DNA of 64,000 nucleotides from the NCBI GenBank assembly GCA_963737265.1, contig CAVTRY010000014.1, positions 390,714-454,713 on the forward strand, written 5' to 3'. A model generated the notes under the pieces. That model saw nothing but the letters and a program-made list of their open reading frames with translations. It was not told where the DNA came from and ran no database searches. Of the stretch, positions 30,457-44,000 are shown one piece after another; the stretch's first letter is position 1; each line of letters starts with the position of its first letter. A program made the position numbers and the translations under genes. This DNA is from an uncultured delta proteobacterium. GTDB lineage: Bacteria > Myxococcota_A > Polyangia > Fen-1088.

Positions 30457-31948
30457 CGCCCATCACGCTTTCGGGCGAGCTTCCGTCGAGGGTCAGTGGC
30501 AGCATGAGAAATACAGGATCTGCATGAGGTTGTCGGGGTTGCGGTAGCCGTGGCCACGCTGGCTGATGCCGCGAACACGTGAATTGTTGCCTTCGAGGGC
30601 TGCGTTGGAAAGACCGTGCTTGGCCCAGGCAATAACGCCCGACCAATGGCGCTTAATCATGTTCCAGAATCGCTTCAACGAGCCAAGTCGTTGCCAGCGT
30701 AATAGGCGACGCCAGTGGTCGAGTGCTGCAGCCATACCGACCTCAGTGTGATAGCCCCATACGACGTCGAACTGCTCCTTGAGCAGGTACGCTACCTGGA
30801 GACGTCGGTTGAGGCGGAATAGCTCGTCAAGCTCGCGACGGCGACGCCAGTGAAGACGACGACGCTTCTTGAGCAGGAGGAACTTCTTGCCTCGGATGGC
30901 CTCGCGATACAGGCCACCCTTGCGCCAAAATTCCGCCTTGCGGACCTTGGTCGACGGCGTCGGTGAGGTGGTGCTCGATGTGGAATCGGTCGAAGACGAG
31001 GTCAGCCTGTGGGGCATGTTCGCAGATGGCGTTGATGTAGCCTTGGGCCATGTCCAGCGTGACTGCCACCAGCCGATGCGACCGGCGCGGTCCCAGCTTC
31101 ACGAAAAACTGCTTGAGTGTTTCCTCCTGCTTGCCCTCGCCGATCCAAACCACGTGTCCGGCCTCGTGGTCCCAGACGATGGTCAGATACTTGTTCTGGC
31201 CTCGGCCGTAGCTGACCTCGTCGACGCCGATGATGCGAAGCTTGCGATGGAAGCGGCGCTCGACCGCATCCTCGACCCAGTGGGTGATGAGGCGCATGAC
31301 GGTAGTCCAGTGCAGCCCGAGTTGGCGGCACACGCCGGCAATGGAAGTCGTGCGGGCACGCCGCAGGACCTCCGCCTCGAACATGTGAGTCATGCGCGAG
31401 CCGGTGCGCGCCCACGGGACCTGTTCGACCCGGATCCCACAGCGGCGACAGCGCACGCGCCGCAGAGGCGCGATGACGACCGTGCGGATGCCCCAACCGT
31501 CGAGATGACGCCAGGCCCGGGCGCAATTCTTGATATCCAGCGCGCAGCGCTTGGTCTCTCCACAGCCGGAGCACACAGCCGACTGCCTGGTCGGATACAG
31601 GTGTACATGCCAGGAGCCATCGGTACCGCTGTGGCTGTCGAAACTGACACGCCAGCCGTTTGCAATGGCCAGCTGCAATGCCAAAATACCAGGGACGGAC
31701 GTTCGTTGGGAGTTCCTCGTGATTTGCATAAACCCGAAGGATCACCGACGGACGTCCACTTTTCATTTCGCGCACCGTCGCGCGCGGCGACGAGATCCTC
31801 GTCGTCGCATAGCAGCACCTGAGCCGCCAGCGAGGAGGCCGTCACCCGTAGGGCCGGAGCGAAGCGGAGGAGGCGCGAAGCGCCTTGCCGGCCCCCGGAG
31901 CGGCGGCTACGCCGTTGCCTTCGCAATCACCCGAACGCGCGATGAACC
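30457..31948 (-). mobile_element. ISL3-family element; transposase 31729-30493 frameshifted near 30955
   Basis: CSGC Zn-finger, IGVDE, TLDM, DRFH, SNAALEGNNS; imperfect IR GGTTCATCGCGCGTTCGGGTGA. Confidence 0.85.
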
Positions 31949-32328
31949 TCAAATCCAAAAGCCAACGGATGGATCGCCCATCACTAAGGATTCGAAGTTG
32001 TCCTGGTCGAGTGTCCTGAATGCGGTGTACTTGCTTGATGCTGCCCCAGATTCTGACACGCCGGCCGCGCCTCATATTCAAGCGTATGTCATGGGAACGC
32101 AGCTTGGCTGGCCAGATCTAAAGCCCATGGGGGTGGAATTTCCAGCCGGGACAACCTACACATGCCAGGTGTCAGCTCTGGTCCCATACGCCTCCACGGA
32201 CGATCTCGCTTCGTCGAAAGGGCTCTACAAGACGGGCATAGATAGGCAACAGCTCGATTCGGACACGGTCGATCTCAGTCCTCGTCCAGTGATCCACAGA
32301 AAAAAATCCCGGTCAAAACAAGGCTAGA

Positions 32329-32853
32329 ATGCGCAATCGCCAAGTCAGAATATCCGGAATGTCAGCCTGTGAAGTAGACGTTGCGGGCAGGTCGTTTGCG
32401 TTCCTTGTGGCACTGGTGTTGCTGGGGTTCGTGGCGTGTAAGCGCACTGAGGAAGTTCAGGTGGTCAAAGCAACTGCGTCAGTTCCCCAGGCTGCAAGGA
32501 CGCCTAGGGAGGAAACAACAAAGGCCGATGTCGCCAAGCCAGTTGGGCCAGCGCCAGCGGAAAACGCCGACAAAGCGAAGCGTGAGAATGGCGCCAAGCT
32601 GTGTGATGACATTTGCCAAATCTCGAAACCACTTGGCTGTAAGAATGCGGCTGAATGCAATCCGCACTGCCAGTCTATGGCGGCACTGCCAGTCTGTGGT
32701 GCCGAGGTGGATGGCCTGTTTGGTTGCCTGATTCGACAGCCGATCAAGAACTGGGAATGCGATGAGGACGGGATAGGCGCGATCCGAGATCCGTTTTGTG
32801 GCAAGGAACAGGCCGCGCTGGCGGCATGCGCCGAGACGAATCTTCGACGTTGA
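32329..32853 (+). CDS. Putative Cys-rich lipoprotein
   Basis: FVAC lipobox; Cys-rich C-terminal half. Confidence 0.6.
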   Translation: MRNRQVRISGMSACEVDVAGRSFAFLVALVLLGFVACKRTEEVQVVKATASVPQAARTPREETTKADVAKPVGPAPAENADKAKRENGAKLCDDICQISKPLGCKNAAECNPHCQSMAALPVCGAEVDGLFGCLIRQPIKNWECDEDGIGAIRDPFCGKEQAALAACAETNLRR

Positions 32854-33938
32854 CACTGACGTTGGCAGCCAGAGGTGCTCAGGGGGTAATGCGGCCGATC
32901 TTGTTGCCGCGTTGCTCCGTGAACCAAATGTTGCCATCCTTGCCAACAGCAATGCCTTCGGGACTGCTGGATGGGGTGGGGATGGGGAATTCGGTGATCG
33001 TCCCAGTCGGGCTGATGCGGCCAATGTTGTTGCAGATGTACTCAGTGAACCACAGATTGCCGTCTGGATGGGCCACGATAAAGTAGGGCTCGCAACTCTT
33101 GGTAGGGAGTGGAAATTCGGTGATCGTTCCACTGGGCGTGATGCGGCCGATCTTGCTAGAATCAAATTCAGCAAACCAAATGTTGCCATCCGGCCCGGCT
33201 GCTATGCCATTGGGTGTGCTGCCGAAGGTGGGAATTGGGAATTGGGTGATGGTCCCCGCCGGTGTAATGCGGCCGACAATGTTGCCATTGCCGTCGGAAT
33301 ACCAAAGGTTGCCATCCGTGCCCGACGCGATGGCGAAAGGTATCGGACCTGATGACTCCGATTGCGGCACCGTTGGGATGGGGAATTCGGTAATGTCCCC
33401 AGCAGTCGTGACTCGTCCGATTTTGCCGCCAACTTCGGTGAACCAGAGGGCACCATCTGGCCCACCTGAAATATAGTAGGGAACAATTTTAGCTGTCAGG
33501 AGAGAAAATTCCGTGATGGTTCCTGTGACAGTGATGCGGCCGACATTGTTTCCGGTGGCTTCGACGAACCAAAGGTTGCCGTCTGGTCCCCCCACAATGC
33601 CGTAGGGGTCACTCCCCCCAGTTGGAACTGGGAATTCCGTGACAACTCCAGAAGGTGTGATACGACCGATCTTGTTGAAACTTGATTCGGTGAACCAGAT
33701 GTTGCCATCCGAACCGGCGGCGATGCCATTCGGCCCGCTGTATGCGGTCGGAATGGTAAATTCGGTAATCGTGTGAGTGCCTTCGGTGGTCGTTCCGCCG
33801 CTGCCCGCAATACCGCCGGAGCCAGCCGCGGCAGTACCACCCGAACCTGTGGCATCGTTTGGGCCGCTCGCCCCACCCTGGGCCGAGGCGCCGCCCACTC
33901 CTGAGCCTGCCGAGCCGCCAGGACCTTCTCCGCCACCC

Positions 33939-35366
33939 CATAGGCATTAACCCAATTCCTCCGCAAGATGTTGCTGGAACTTAACGGCGCTGCGTAGACG
34001 CTTGCGCGGGACTTGGAGTTGAAGGTGGTCAAGGAATGCCTGCAAGAAATCGGGAAACCGACTGGCGCTGATCGGCGTGAGCGCCGCGCATACGGTTTGC
34101 CAGAGGACGGTCATGAGACGCCATGGCTCGGCTACGACCCGGTGCTTTGATCGCCTGAGTCCGGCCCTGACGCCTTTCTGCGGCTCGTCGGATGCCGAAC
34201 CAGTCGAGTTCTCCACAGGGGGGAATAGCCACGTTGGGTGTAGCAAGTTTGCGGGCGATCTGGGTAAGCAGCATCTTGGCGCAAATCCAGGAATAGACAG
34301 TGTCGTTGCGAAAGTTGGGCAGTCGGTCGAGCCCTGCGATGGATTTGTCCCGCTTGATGTGAAGCTCGATTTGCCAGCGGAGGCCGTATAGTTCCATGAC
34401 CAGGGCGGCGGTCAGCCGCGACCTCGGTACGGTCGTGAACACCACCACGTACTGCGCGGCCGCAAGGGTTTCCTCAGTCACAGACGGACCTTGTTCCCGT
34501 CGCGCGCGCTGCCGAGCCTCCTCTGCTTTGTCGGGCGGCAAGAGCAACGCGCACAGCCGGCCAGCGATCGCCTTGCCACCCTGCGGATGGACCTCTGCGT
34601 ACCATTCGCGTGCAACCCCCGGATGCTTGAGGCGAGCCAGCATTCGCTGAACGTCGAGTAGCTGCCCGTTCATGCCGTACAGAGGAAGCGAGCCACGGTT
34701 GTATCGGACCAGTACGTCGGCATCCGCCGCCATGATCGCCGCTATGCCAGGCGGGTTCGAGTAGCCGCGGTCGCCCATCCACAGTTGTCCCGCCTCGGCA
34801 TCGAAGTTTCTGAACGTCTCGCCGCCCTTGTCATCCGTGACCTCGATTTGCACAGGCCGCAACGTGCTCAAGCGCAGCGCATAGTGAACGCGAGCCGTGG
34901 TGCCCTCGGCTCCTGGCCGCGACACCGAAGAGCCGTCCACGATCACCACGTCGTAGCCCGCCCATCGCTCCGCTGCGAACGAAGCCTCGGCATCCGTCAT
35001 CAGCGTCACCAGTCGCGCCAGGTAGGGACCAATGGTTCTCATTCGCTTGTGCAGCCCGACTGCCGACATCTTGATCACCCCGGCCGCCGCCGCCATCGCC
35101 ACCGTCACGGCCAGCGACGAGTTCGTCGCCACCTGGTACAGAATCGGCTGCAGCAAATGTGCCGCCTCGGTCACCTTCGTGCCCATGTGCGCCGGAAACT
35201 TCGTGTAGACCACGCCCATCTCGACCGCCAGATCCTCCCATCCGGATGGAAGCTGCGCCGCAATCATTGGCCAGTCGCCCGTGGTGCTGTCCTTCGCTAT
35301 GTTGTCCATCCCGAGCATATGCGGGCGTTCTTGGAGAAATCGCAAGTTTTTGGGTTAATGCCTATG
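33939..35366 (-). mobile_element. IS4-family element
   Basis: 16-bp TIR CATAGGCATTAACCCA; 11-bp TSD CTCCGCCACCC. Confidence 0.95.
34029..35345 (-). CDS. IS4 transposase
   Basis: IVDGS, GDRGY, YGLRWQIELHIK (YREK signature). Confidence 0.9.
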   Translation of the reverse strand: MRFLQERPHMLGMDNIAKDSTTGDWPMIAAQLPSGWEDLAVEMGVVYTKFPAHMGTKVTEAAHLLQPILYQVATNSSLAVTVAMAAAAGVIKMSAVGLHKRMRTIGPYLARLVTLMTDAEASFAAERWAGYDVVIVDGSSVSRPGAEGTTARVHYALRLSTLRPVQIEVTDDKGGETFRNFDAEAGQLWMGDRGYSNPPGIAAIMAADADVLVRYNRGSLPLYGMNGQLLDVQRMLARLKHPGVAREWYAEVHPQGGKAIAGRLCALLLPPDKAEEARQRARREQGPSVTEETLAAAQYVVVFTTVPRSRLTAALVMELYGLRWQIELHIKRDKSIAGLDRLPNFRNDTVYSWICAKMLLTQIARKLATPNVAIPPCGELDWFGIRRAAERRQGRTQAIKAPGRSRAMASHDRPLANRMRGAHADQRQSVSRFLAGIP

Positions 35367-35799
35367 CTCCGCCACCCCCCCCAGCCGAAGCTGCGGTGTC
35401 AACGGCGGGCGACCCTGACCCGCTTCCACAGGCAAGGCTCAGAGACAATGCAGAGAGTGCAACCGTGAGGTAGATGAGGGGCTTCATGGTACCGACGTCC
35501 TTTGGGTTGATGGCACCAGTATACAGGCAGTCGAGCATGGTGGATCTCATCTTCCGCAATGAGGGTAGCACTACCGTTTGGAACACGACCTTTTTCGACA
35601 GTGCAAGGGGCCGAAAGTGCGGCGAAAGTCGCAAGTCGCCGTTGGCGCGCTGGATGGCGGTCGCCGCGGCCGGCAATTCGCGCGAATCGGCCCGCGAGTG
35701 TTTGTGGCGCAATCCCGCCGTATTCACGCAGAGCCCGCAGCACTTGTACTACCAGGCCATTGCGAAGATGAGCGCGCTTCGCTCCGCTGCGTGCAGCCA

Positions 35800-35998
35800 C
35801 CTCGGCTTCGCGTAGAAAGCGCGCGCGAAATTCTGGGGTTTGCGCAATGCTGGCTAGCAGGGTCTTGATTGCGAAGCGCTTTTTCAAGGCGGGATGGAAG
35901 GCCTCGTAGACCGTTCCCATTCCGCCCTCGCCGATGATTCGGACAATCTGGTAGCGTGCGAAGATCTGTCCTGTTTGCAGTTGTGGGTCGGCGTTCAT
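35800..35998 (-). pseudogene. Ser/Thr kinase N-terminal fragment
   Basis: YQIVRIIGEGGMGTVYEA..FAIK..ARFLREAEVAAR. Confidence 0.8.
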
Positions 35999-36193
35999 CC
36001 CTTGGAACCGTTGGCAGGATACAACATATGGCACGGCAGACAAAGCCTCACCGGGTGGGCTTGGGTGGGCTCCTGGTACCCGGTGATACTGGTGGAAGTG
36101 GGACCCCAGAGCGCCGCTGGCGACAGCGCCGCCATCGTCAGCACGCTGCCGCCCGGGCGCACGTGCGACGTAAGATTCTGCGCTGGCACGGCC

Positions 36194-36300
36194 ATAGTCT
36201 AATCGAAGCGGTTTTTTGAGCGTCGGAGAACTATGACTGAGCGAGCCATGTTCGTCCCGATCGCGTCGGCGCAGCGCGCTTGACCCGGTTTCTGGGGTCT
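36194..36300 (-). mobile_element. Solo IS91-like oriIS end
   Basis: Matches the terminal block at 53796 and 58478. Confidence 0.7.
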
Positions 36301-36432
36301 GAGCGCGTTGGCAAATCTGGTTTGCTACACAAGTGTTTCGATTCGTTCTTACGTTCTTACCTCAACTACGCCCATGGATCTGCAAAAGCCTGCGCGCGTA
36401 TCCTCCTTGCCTGATCCGGGAGCCGATCCGGC

Positions 36433-36582
36433 GATGAGTGGTCCCACCTACTTCATGGAAAGCGAGGAGGAGTCCCTCCGGCTCGACCTCAAGACCGACT
36501 CCGGAACGGTAGAGGAGCAGGCCCGCTGGGCCGGGGTCGTTCCAGGTATACGGGTGGCCGACCTCGGCTGCGGCGCCGGGTG
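36433..36582 (+). pseudogene. SAM methyltransferase fragment
   Basis: RVADLGCGAG. Confidence 0.6.
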
Positions 36583-36770
36583 TCGGCGTGCTGTCTTCGC
36601 GGAAGTGCTGGGGAGCTTGGTGACGCACGAACATGTAGAGGATCCCGGGCAGAACCACCAAGGTTGTCAGCGCCCCGACGGCGATGCCCGCGGCGACGGC
36701 GGTCGCCTGGGTATAGGCGATACTTCTGCTGTGTAGGTGGATTTACGTAAGAAATAGCGATTTGCGGGAG

Positions 36771-37290
36771 TCACCTGGCCAAGGGCGCGGCCGAGGTCGC
36801 TGCCCAGCGATAGAACGGCGCCCTGCCCTTGCCCGCCGGCACCGTCGCCCGCAACACCAGTTTGCCCGCAAGCGGAAGACACCGGCGCAGGTGGCCGAGC
36901 GTCGCGGCCAGGGCTTGGTCGTCGAGGTGGTGGATAACATCGAGGCACAAGACCGCCGCCGCGGCCACCTCGGGCAAGTCCGCGGGCGCCGGGCCCTCAT
37001 GCACTTCACCGGCCGCGCCCAGCACGAAGCGCGCGACATCGGCGCGGTCCTCGTCGGGCTCAAGCGCGACCACGCGCAGGTCGGACGAACGCGCCAGGGT
37101 CCACGCCGCGGCCACGCCGAAGCCGCAGCCCACGTCGAGCACAATTCCGCTCTCGGGCAGAAAATCGCCCAGGCGCCCCCCCATGGCATCGGCCGTCGAG
37201 AAGTTCTGGGTCACGCTCACGAACGCGACGTTGGCGCGGTTGAACCGGTCCATCAGCTTGGCGAAGTCGAGCAGCGAGCGGCTCAGACGG
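36771..37290 (-). pseudogene. Chimera of a serine recombinase fragment and a methyltransferase fragment
   Basis: [24 protein letters not shown] joined to [16 protein letters not shown]. Confidence 0.7.
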
Positions 37291-37294
37291 TGCG

Positions 37295-40200
37295 GTCACA
37301 ACGCCCCGCAAGGCTTGAGCAAGAGCACTGCGGGGCTCACGCAACTTCCGTGCCCCGCTGACCGACATCCTCCTTCATGGAGGCAGCGGCATGCGCAAAA
37401 CCTGCGACCGGGTACACCTATGCCCGCCGGGAGCCGGAAAAGACCGCCCTTTTCCAGGTGCTCCAGCAGCATCTTCTGACCTTCGAGCAGGAGTGGACCG
37501 ACAAGTCCGACGGCCGCACGCTGCCCAGCTTCGTCACCGACGAGCTGCACGACTTCCTAGGGTGTGGAATCTTGGCGCGGGGCTTCGCACAACTTTTCTG
37601 TAAAACCTGCCACGAGCGGTATGCGGTGGCTTGGTCCTGCAAAGGTCGTGGTTTCTGTCCGAGCTGTGGCGGCAGACGCATGAACGCGGGGGCGCTGACT
37701 CTCGTCGACCACGTGCTGCCCGAAGTGCCCATCCGACAATTCGTGCTTACGCTGCCTTTCCCTCTGAGGTTTCCCTTGGCCTTCGACGGAAAACTACTCG
37801 GCCAAGTCCTGCGCATCTTCATCGACACCGTGGCGTCCAACTATCGCAAGCGCATGGCAGATCGGGGTATTGCCGACGGCGAGTGTGGCGCCGTCACTGT
37901 CATCCAGCGCGCCAACAGCGACCTGCGGCTCTCACCGCATTTTCATGTCCTCCAGCTCGATGGCTGCTACGCCCCTGGGCGCGACGGCGGTGCGCCCATC
38001 TTCCACCCGGCGCCGGAACTTGCCCAACAGGACGTCCTTGCCATCGTCGCGCGCGCCAGCAAGCGCATCCTCCGCTTCCTAAAGCGTCGCGGTGTCATCA
38101 CCCTCGTTACCGCCCCCGGCGACGGTGAGGTCACCGTCGTCACCGACGAAACCATGGGCGACAAAGATCCGCTCCTGGCCCGCTTGTTGGCCGCCGCCAC
38201 CGCTGGCGCCTCTCCCGCCGGTCCTGCGCACAAGCGCGCTCTCGTGCGTATCGTGCTCGACCCAGACGCCACTCCCGTGGCCAAGGGCAAGCTATGCGGC
38301 CAGCAAGCCGGGTTTAACCTGCATGCTCAGACCAAGGTCGCCGCCAACGACAAGAAGGGTCGCGAGAACCTGTGCAAGTACATCTTGCGCCCGCCCCTGG
38401 CCAACGACCGCCTCAAGATCCTCGACGACGGTCACGTGAGGCTGGAGTTCAAGCGGCCTTGGTCCGATGGCACATCGTCAGTTGACCTTGCGCCGCTCGC
38501 CCTTATTGCGCGCTTGGCGGCCTTGGTTCCCCCTCCTCGTCGGCATGTCGTCAGATACTCGGGGGTCATCTCCTCGCACTCCAGCCTCCGCAGCCAAGTC
38601 GTCCCAGTCCCCGCCGTGGCCGCGCCCGAGGAAGACGACAAGCCTTCACTGCCACTTTCACACTACATTTCCTGTGAAGTGGACCCCTTTGGTAGGACCA
38701 GAAATGGCCCGAGCTAAGAGAGAGTCCGCGTGGGTTTGTTTGTAGATCCGGGTGAGCCTCGCCGGCAAGGAAATTGTTGAGAGCGGAGGCATGCTGATGG
38801 CTGCTGTCCACGGATGCAATGCGCGCACGGCCCCACAGAAGCAGGTGAACGCGTTGCAGTTGTGGGCAGCGTGCCATCAGCATGATGCAGCGGCGATTTA
38901 GGCGGCCTCTTTCATCGCCGACTTCTTTAGTTCGAATTCGTAAAACGCTACGGGTGTCTGAAATCCAAGGGTTTGGTGAGGCCGCCTGTGGTTGTACTTG
39001 TCCAGGTAGATCGCGATGCCACTGCGGGCGTCGGCCACGTCTCGGTAGTCGTTCAAGTAGACCTCCTCGCATTTGACAGACCGCCATAGACGCTCGACGA
39101 AGATGTTGTCCATGAATCGGCCGCGACCGTCCATGCTGACCTTTACGCCCTTGTCCAGCAAAACCGATGTGAAGTTGTCGTCGGTAAACTGCGACCCCTG
39201 GTCGGTGTTGAAGATCTCCGGCAAGCCGAAGTTCGCAAGAGCTTCTTCCACGACCTCGATGCAAAAACGGCTGTCCATCGTGTTTGAAATGCGCCAGGAC
39301 AGAACCCGGCGCGTGTACCAATCCATCACGGCGACCAGGTAGCAATGCCCCTGTCTCGTCGGGATGTACGTGATATCCGAGGCCCACACCTGATTGGGCC
39401 GAATGATCGCGAGATGGCGCAGCAAGTACGGGAATTTCGTATGTTCCGGCGCGGGGACGGTCGTCCGTGGTTTGGGCGCCAGCGCTTCGATGCCCATGAT
39501 TCGCATCAGTCTCTGCACCCGTTTGCGATTCACCGTCTGCCCCTGTGCCTTTAGCAACCGTGACAGCTTCCGGCTGCCGAATGCTGGCAATTCGAGATGC
39601 AGCTTGTCCAGCTCCTTGCAGATGGCCAGATCTTCCTCTGCCATCGGCATCGGCTCCCAGTAGATGCCCGATCTCGCAAGATTCAGCAGCTCGCACTGCC
39701 GACGGACAGATAGGTCGTTGTGGGGCTCGATCATGGCGCGCTTCTCCGTCAGCGAATGCGCGCGAGCCCGCGTGCTAAAAAATCATTCTCCAGCGTCAGC
39801 TGCCCCACCTTGCGCAGCAATTCCGATTCGCGTTCGGCGTTCGCCGATTCCTCTGCATTTGCATGGCCTGGTTCGAAAACCATGGCCAGCCGTGTGACGG
39901 CTTCCTTCTTCCACTTGTGAACCAGGTTCGGGTTGATCTTGTATCGGCGCCCGATCTCCACAACCGTTGCCTGCTCCCGCATGGCTTCGAGAGCTACCTG
40001 CGCCTTGAAGAGTGCTGTGTGCTTTTGGCGGTTCGTTTTCATCGTGTCCTGCCTCGTTGTTGAGGCGGACTACACCTTAGCTCCTGGTCCCATTTTTGGG
40101 GTCCACTTCACTGGTCCCAGCTTCTGAAAAAAACGTTCGAGATCGACACCGTCTGCCCTCGCTGCAAAACACCTCTGCGCCTCATCGCCATGATCGAGAC

Positions 40201-40528
40201 CGAGGACACCATCAAGAAAATCCTCAAGGCCATGGGCCTGCCCACCTGTGCGCCAAAACTCTGGCCCGCACGACCGCCTCCCTCGCAATCTGGTGGCGAG
40301 GGCGGAGACTGGCTGAACTGACGGCACGTCGACAAGGGCGGGATCGAGTAGACTGCCTCGCGTGCTCGAAAACGCTCGAAAACGCCCCGTCAGGCCCCAG
40401 AAACCCGGTCAAGTTCGCTGCGCGGTCGTGATAGGTCCCCACCTGATGCGGTCCGGCATGGTTCTCCGACGCTCAGAAAACCCCTTTGATTCGACTAGTG
40501 ATGCCAGAAAACCCCTTTGATTCGACTA
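37295..40528 (+). mobile_element. IS91/ISCR-like element; transposase 37377-40321 interrupted by IS3
   Basis: CG..C..C..SCKGRGFCPSC Zn domain, PHFH HUH motif, YILR; upstream hairpin GCCCCGCA..TGCGGGGC; oriIS-like end. Confidence 0.9.
38675..40110 (-). mobile_element. IS3-family element, copy 2 (orfA 39749-40042, orfB 38898-39734)
   Basis: Near-identical to 9733-11168; 3-bp TSD CTG. Confidence 0.95.
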
Positions 40529-41037
40529 GTGATGCCTGGAGGTACCCATGAAACCATAAGGTGAAAATCCTGAAGCGGTAGAAGGTCGAAGCCGCATAGC
40601 TTGGGTGGCGCCGAGTAGGGAAATCCTGGCGGCGAAGCCCACCGACAAAGCCCCGCATGGCGGGGTGAGCAAGTGCACGGGCCGTAACGACGAGTGAACG
40701 TCCGGACGAGGCCCCGAGATCAAGAAACCCGGACGCCGAGCTGGCTAGTCATTGGCGAAGGCAACAGGCGATTCCGAATGCGATCTGCGGAATCGCCGTC
40801 CGGCGGGGTAAAGGACGGCAGCACGTGCACAAGGACATGGGAGAAAACAGGGAAGGGCTCCTCGCCCCGTGGAGAAAACCCACGGAAGCAAGGTAGCCGC
40901 GCGAGCCGGAAGGCGAAGTGCGGTGAAGGCGAGAGCCTGACGGATGGGTCCGTAGGAGCGACGAAGCGGGGCAACGCCCGCGGAGCAAAGGGACCCTGCC
41001 GGAGGCAATCGGAGCAGAGAAGCGAGGCAAGAGCGGG

Positions 41038-44000
41038 ATGACAAAGCCCACCATCAGTTTGCAAGAACTTCGAGCGAAGATAGGCCAACGGGCGAAGTCC
41101 GCCCCTGCGCATCGCTTTTGGGGATTGCACGTCCACATCATGAAACTCGATACGCTCGAAGCGGCGTACTTGGAGGCCAAGCGCAATGGCGGAGCCCCTG
41201 GGTCCGACGACGAGACGTTCGAGTGCTGAGCGACAATTACATCTCCCCAAAGACGACAGCTACGTCGCCCCGCTTTGAGGCGCGACGGTGACCGTGAGGT
41301 AGACCTCCAAGCCCGCAAGCGGGCAGGAGGCACCTTTGAAGCCGGTCACCGACGCCCAAGTGAGGCGTTTGATGGAAGAGATGAGCAAGATTGGAAAAGT
41401 AGGCCAGGCCGCCATGAAGGCGGGCATGGACCGGAAGACAGGGCGGCGATACATCGCCGCGGGCAAGCTACCGTCGGAGCTACGGCAGCCGCGGTGGTGG
41501 CGGACGCGCCCTGACGCGTTCGCCGAGGACTGGCCAGCCGTGGCCAAGTTGCTGGAGGAAACGCCTGGGCTGGAGGCTCAGACGGTGCTGGAGCTGCTGG
41601 AGGCGAAGCAGCCAGGGCGGTACAACGAGAGCCATCTTCGGACAATGCAGCGGCGAATCCGTCGCTGGCGGGCCGAGCATGGTCCTGCGCGTGAGATTTG
41701 GTTCACGCAGGCGCATCGGCCCGGTGAAGCCGCGCAAACCGACTTCACGTCGACGGCGGAGCTTGGTGTGACGATCGTGGGCCAGCTATTTGTGCACCTT
41801 TTGTGCGTGACGGTGCTGCCGTACTCGAACTGGCAATGGGCGACCGCGTGTCTGTCGGAGTCTCTGGCAGCGCTTCGGCGAGGGATCCAGTCGGCGCTGT
41901 TCCAGCTTGGGCGGGTGCCGCGATACCACCAAACCGACCACTCGACGGCGGCGACACATCAGATCGCTCGCGATGCGGAAGATCGCACTTTCAACGATGA
42001 ATACAAGGCGGTCATGCGGCACCTCGGAATGGAGCCACGAACTACAGCCGTCGGGGCCAAGGAACAAAACGGCGATGTGGAGGCCAGCAACGGCGCGCTC
42101 AAGCGTCGGCTTGAACAAGCGTTGCTGGTGCGTGGCAGCCGCGACTTCGCGGACCAAGACGACTACGAACGCTTCGTAGCCAAGGTGGTCCGCAAAGCCA
42201 ACGCTTCGCGAGGCCCGCGCGTCGCCGAGGAGATCGAAGCCATGCGGCCGCTGGTGGTGGAGCGTTTGCCGGAGTACGCAGAAATGACGGCACCTGTGGC
42301 GTCGACGAGCACCATCCGGGTCAAGTCGTGCGCCTACTCGGTGCCGTCGAGGCTGATCGGCGCACGGGTGAGAGTCCGCGTGTTCGAGCACCGAATCGAG
42401 GTGTACTACGCCGACAACTTGGAATTGGCCTGCGACAGGCTGCGAGGCAAGACCGCGCGCATCGACTACCGGCACGTCATCTGGTCTTTGGTGCGCAAGC
42501 CGGGCGCGTTTTCTCGCTACGTCTACCGAGAAGAGCTGTTTCCAAGCGTGACTTTCAGGCGGGCATACGACGCGATCCAGGCGACCAAGCCTGGAATCAA
42601 AGGCGACGTTGAATACCTGCGCATTCTTCACCTGGCCGCCAGCACGATGGAAGCCGATGTTGAGCAAGCGCTCACGACTCTGCTTGCCGATGGGACCATC
42701 TTGACGGCGGATGCAACCAAGAAGAGATGCACACAGGCGACGGACAGTACCTATCCACCGAGCGTCCCCGCGCTCGAAGCACCGCTGGTCGATCTCGCGT
42801 CCTACGACCTGCTCCTCGAACAGGTGGCATCATGACCAACGTCTCCGTAGACACGGTCAAGCCGAGCGCGCTCGACGCTCTGCTGGTGCTTCTGCGCGCG
42901 CTCAAGCTGCCTGCCTTCACCCGGCACGCCGAGGAGATCGCGATCAAGGCCAGCCGCGAGGGGTGGACCTTCAGCCAATACCTCCAGCACCTGGCCGAAC
43001 TGGAAATCGAAGAGCGCCGAACCCGTCGCATCGATCGCGCGCTTCGCGATTCGGACCTTCCCACGGAGAAAACCCTGGCCACCCTGGAACGTGGTCGGCT
43101 GTCACCCAAGGTGATGAAGCAGATGGCGAGCCTGTGTGAGGGTGGCTTTGTCGAACGTGGGGAGAACCTGCTCGTCTTCGGACTGCCCGGCCGAGGCAAA
43201 AGTCACGTTGTGGCTGCCATCGGCCACGAACTCATCCGGCGCGGCTACCGGGTCCTCTTCACGCCGACCTTCGCGCTTGTCCAGAGGCTGCTGGCCGCCA
43301 AGCGCGACCTTCGCCTGGAACGAGAACTGGCCGCGCTCGACATCTATCACGCCGTGATCCTCGACGACATCGGCTACGTCCAGCAGAGCCGCGATGAAAT
43401 GGAGGTCCTTTTCACCTTCCTGGCCGAGCGGTACGAACGCAAGAGCGTCCTCATCACCAGCAACCTGGTCTTCAGCGATTGGATCCGCATTTTCAAGGAT
43501 CCCATGACCACCGCCGCCGCCATCGACCGACTGGTCCACCACGCGGTCATCCTTGAGATGACCGGCCCCAGCTACCGCAGCGAAGAAGCACGAAAGAGAG
43601 GCGTCACCACCCCAGCGACAACTACGACAACTACCGATCAACCAACGACAACTACCCCCGACAACAATGGGGCGATGTAATTGACGTCACCGGGTGAATG
43701 TAGTTGACGTCCAGCAGTTCGAGGCGATTGAGGCGCAGGGCCGAGGAGAGTTTCTCGCGAAACTCGCCGAGGAACTGCGCACGGACGCGTACCACCCGAG
43801 GCCGTATCGTCGGAGAGAGATTCCTAAGGAAGGCGGCAAAGTCGGCGTGATTTCGATTCCTGCGATTCGAGACCGCGTGGTGCAAGGCGCCCTCCGGCTT
43901 ATTGTGGAACCAATCTTCGAAGCCGACTTCTCGGACAGTTCGTATGGGGCGAGGCCGGGACGAAGCGCGCACGAGGCAATCGAGAAAGTGCGAGTGGGAC

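Larger units (their letters stand above)
32879..35487 (-). pseudogene. Vgb (virginiamycin B lyase-like) beta-propeller lipoprotein split by IS4
   Basis: MKPLIYL..SLAC N-terminus at 35487; seven GPDGNxWFTE..IGRITP blades at 32879-33780. Confidence 0.85.

Noticed and set aside
32879-33898. Streptogramin resistance gene
   Set aside because: Generic Vgb-like propeller lipoprotein, separated from its signal peptide by IS4
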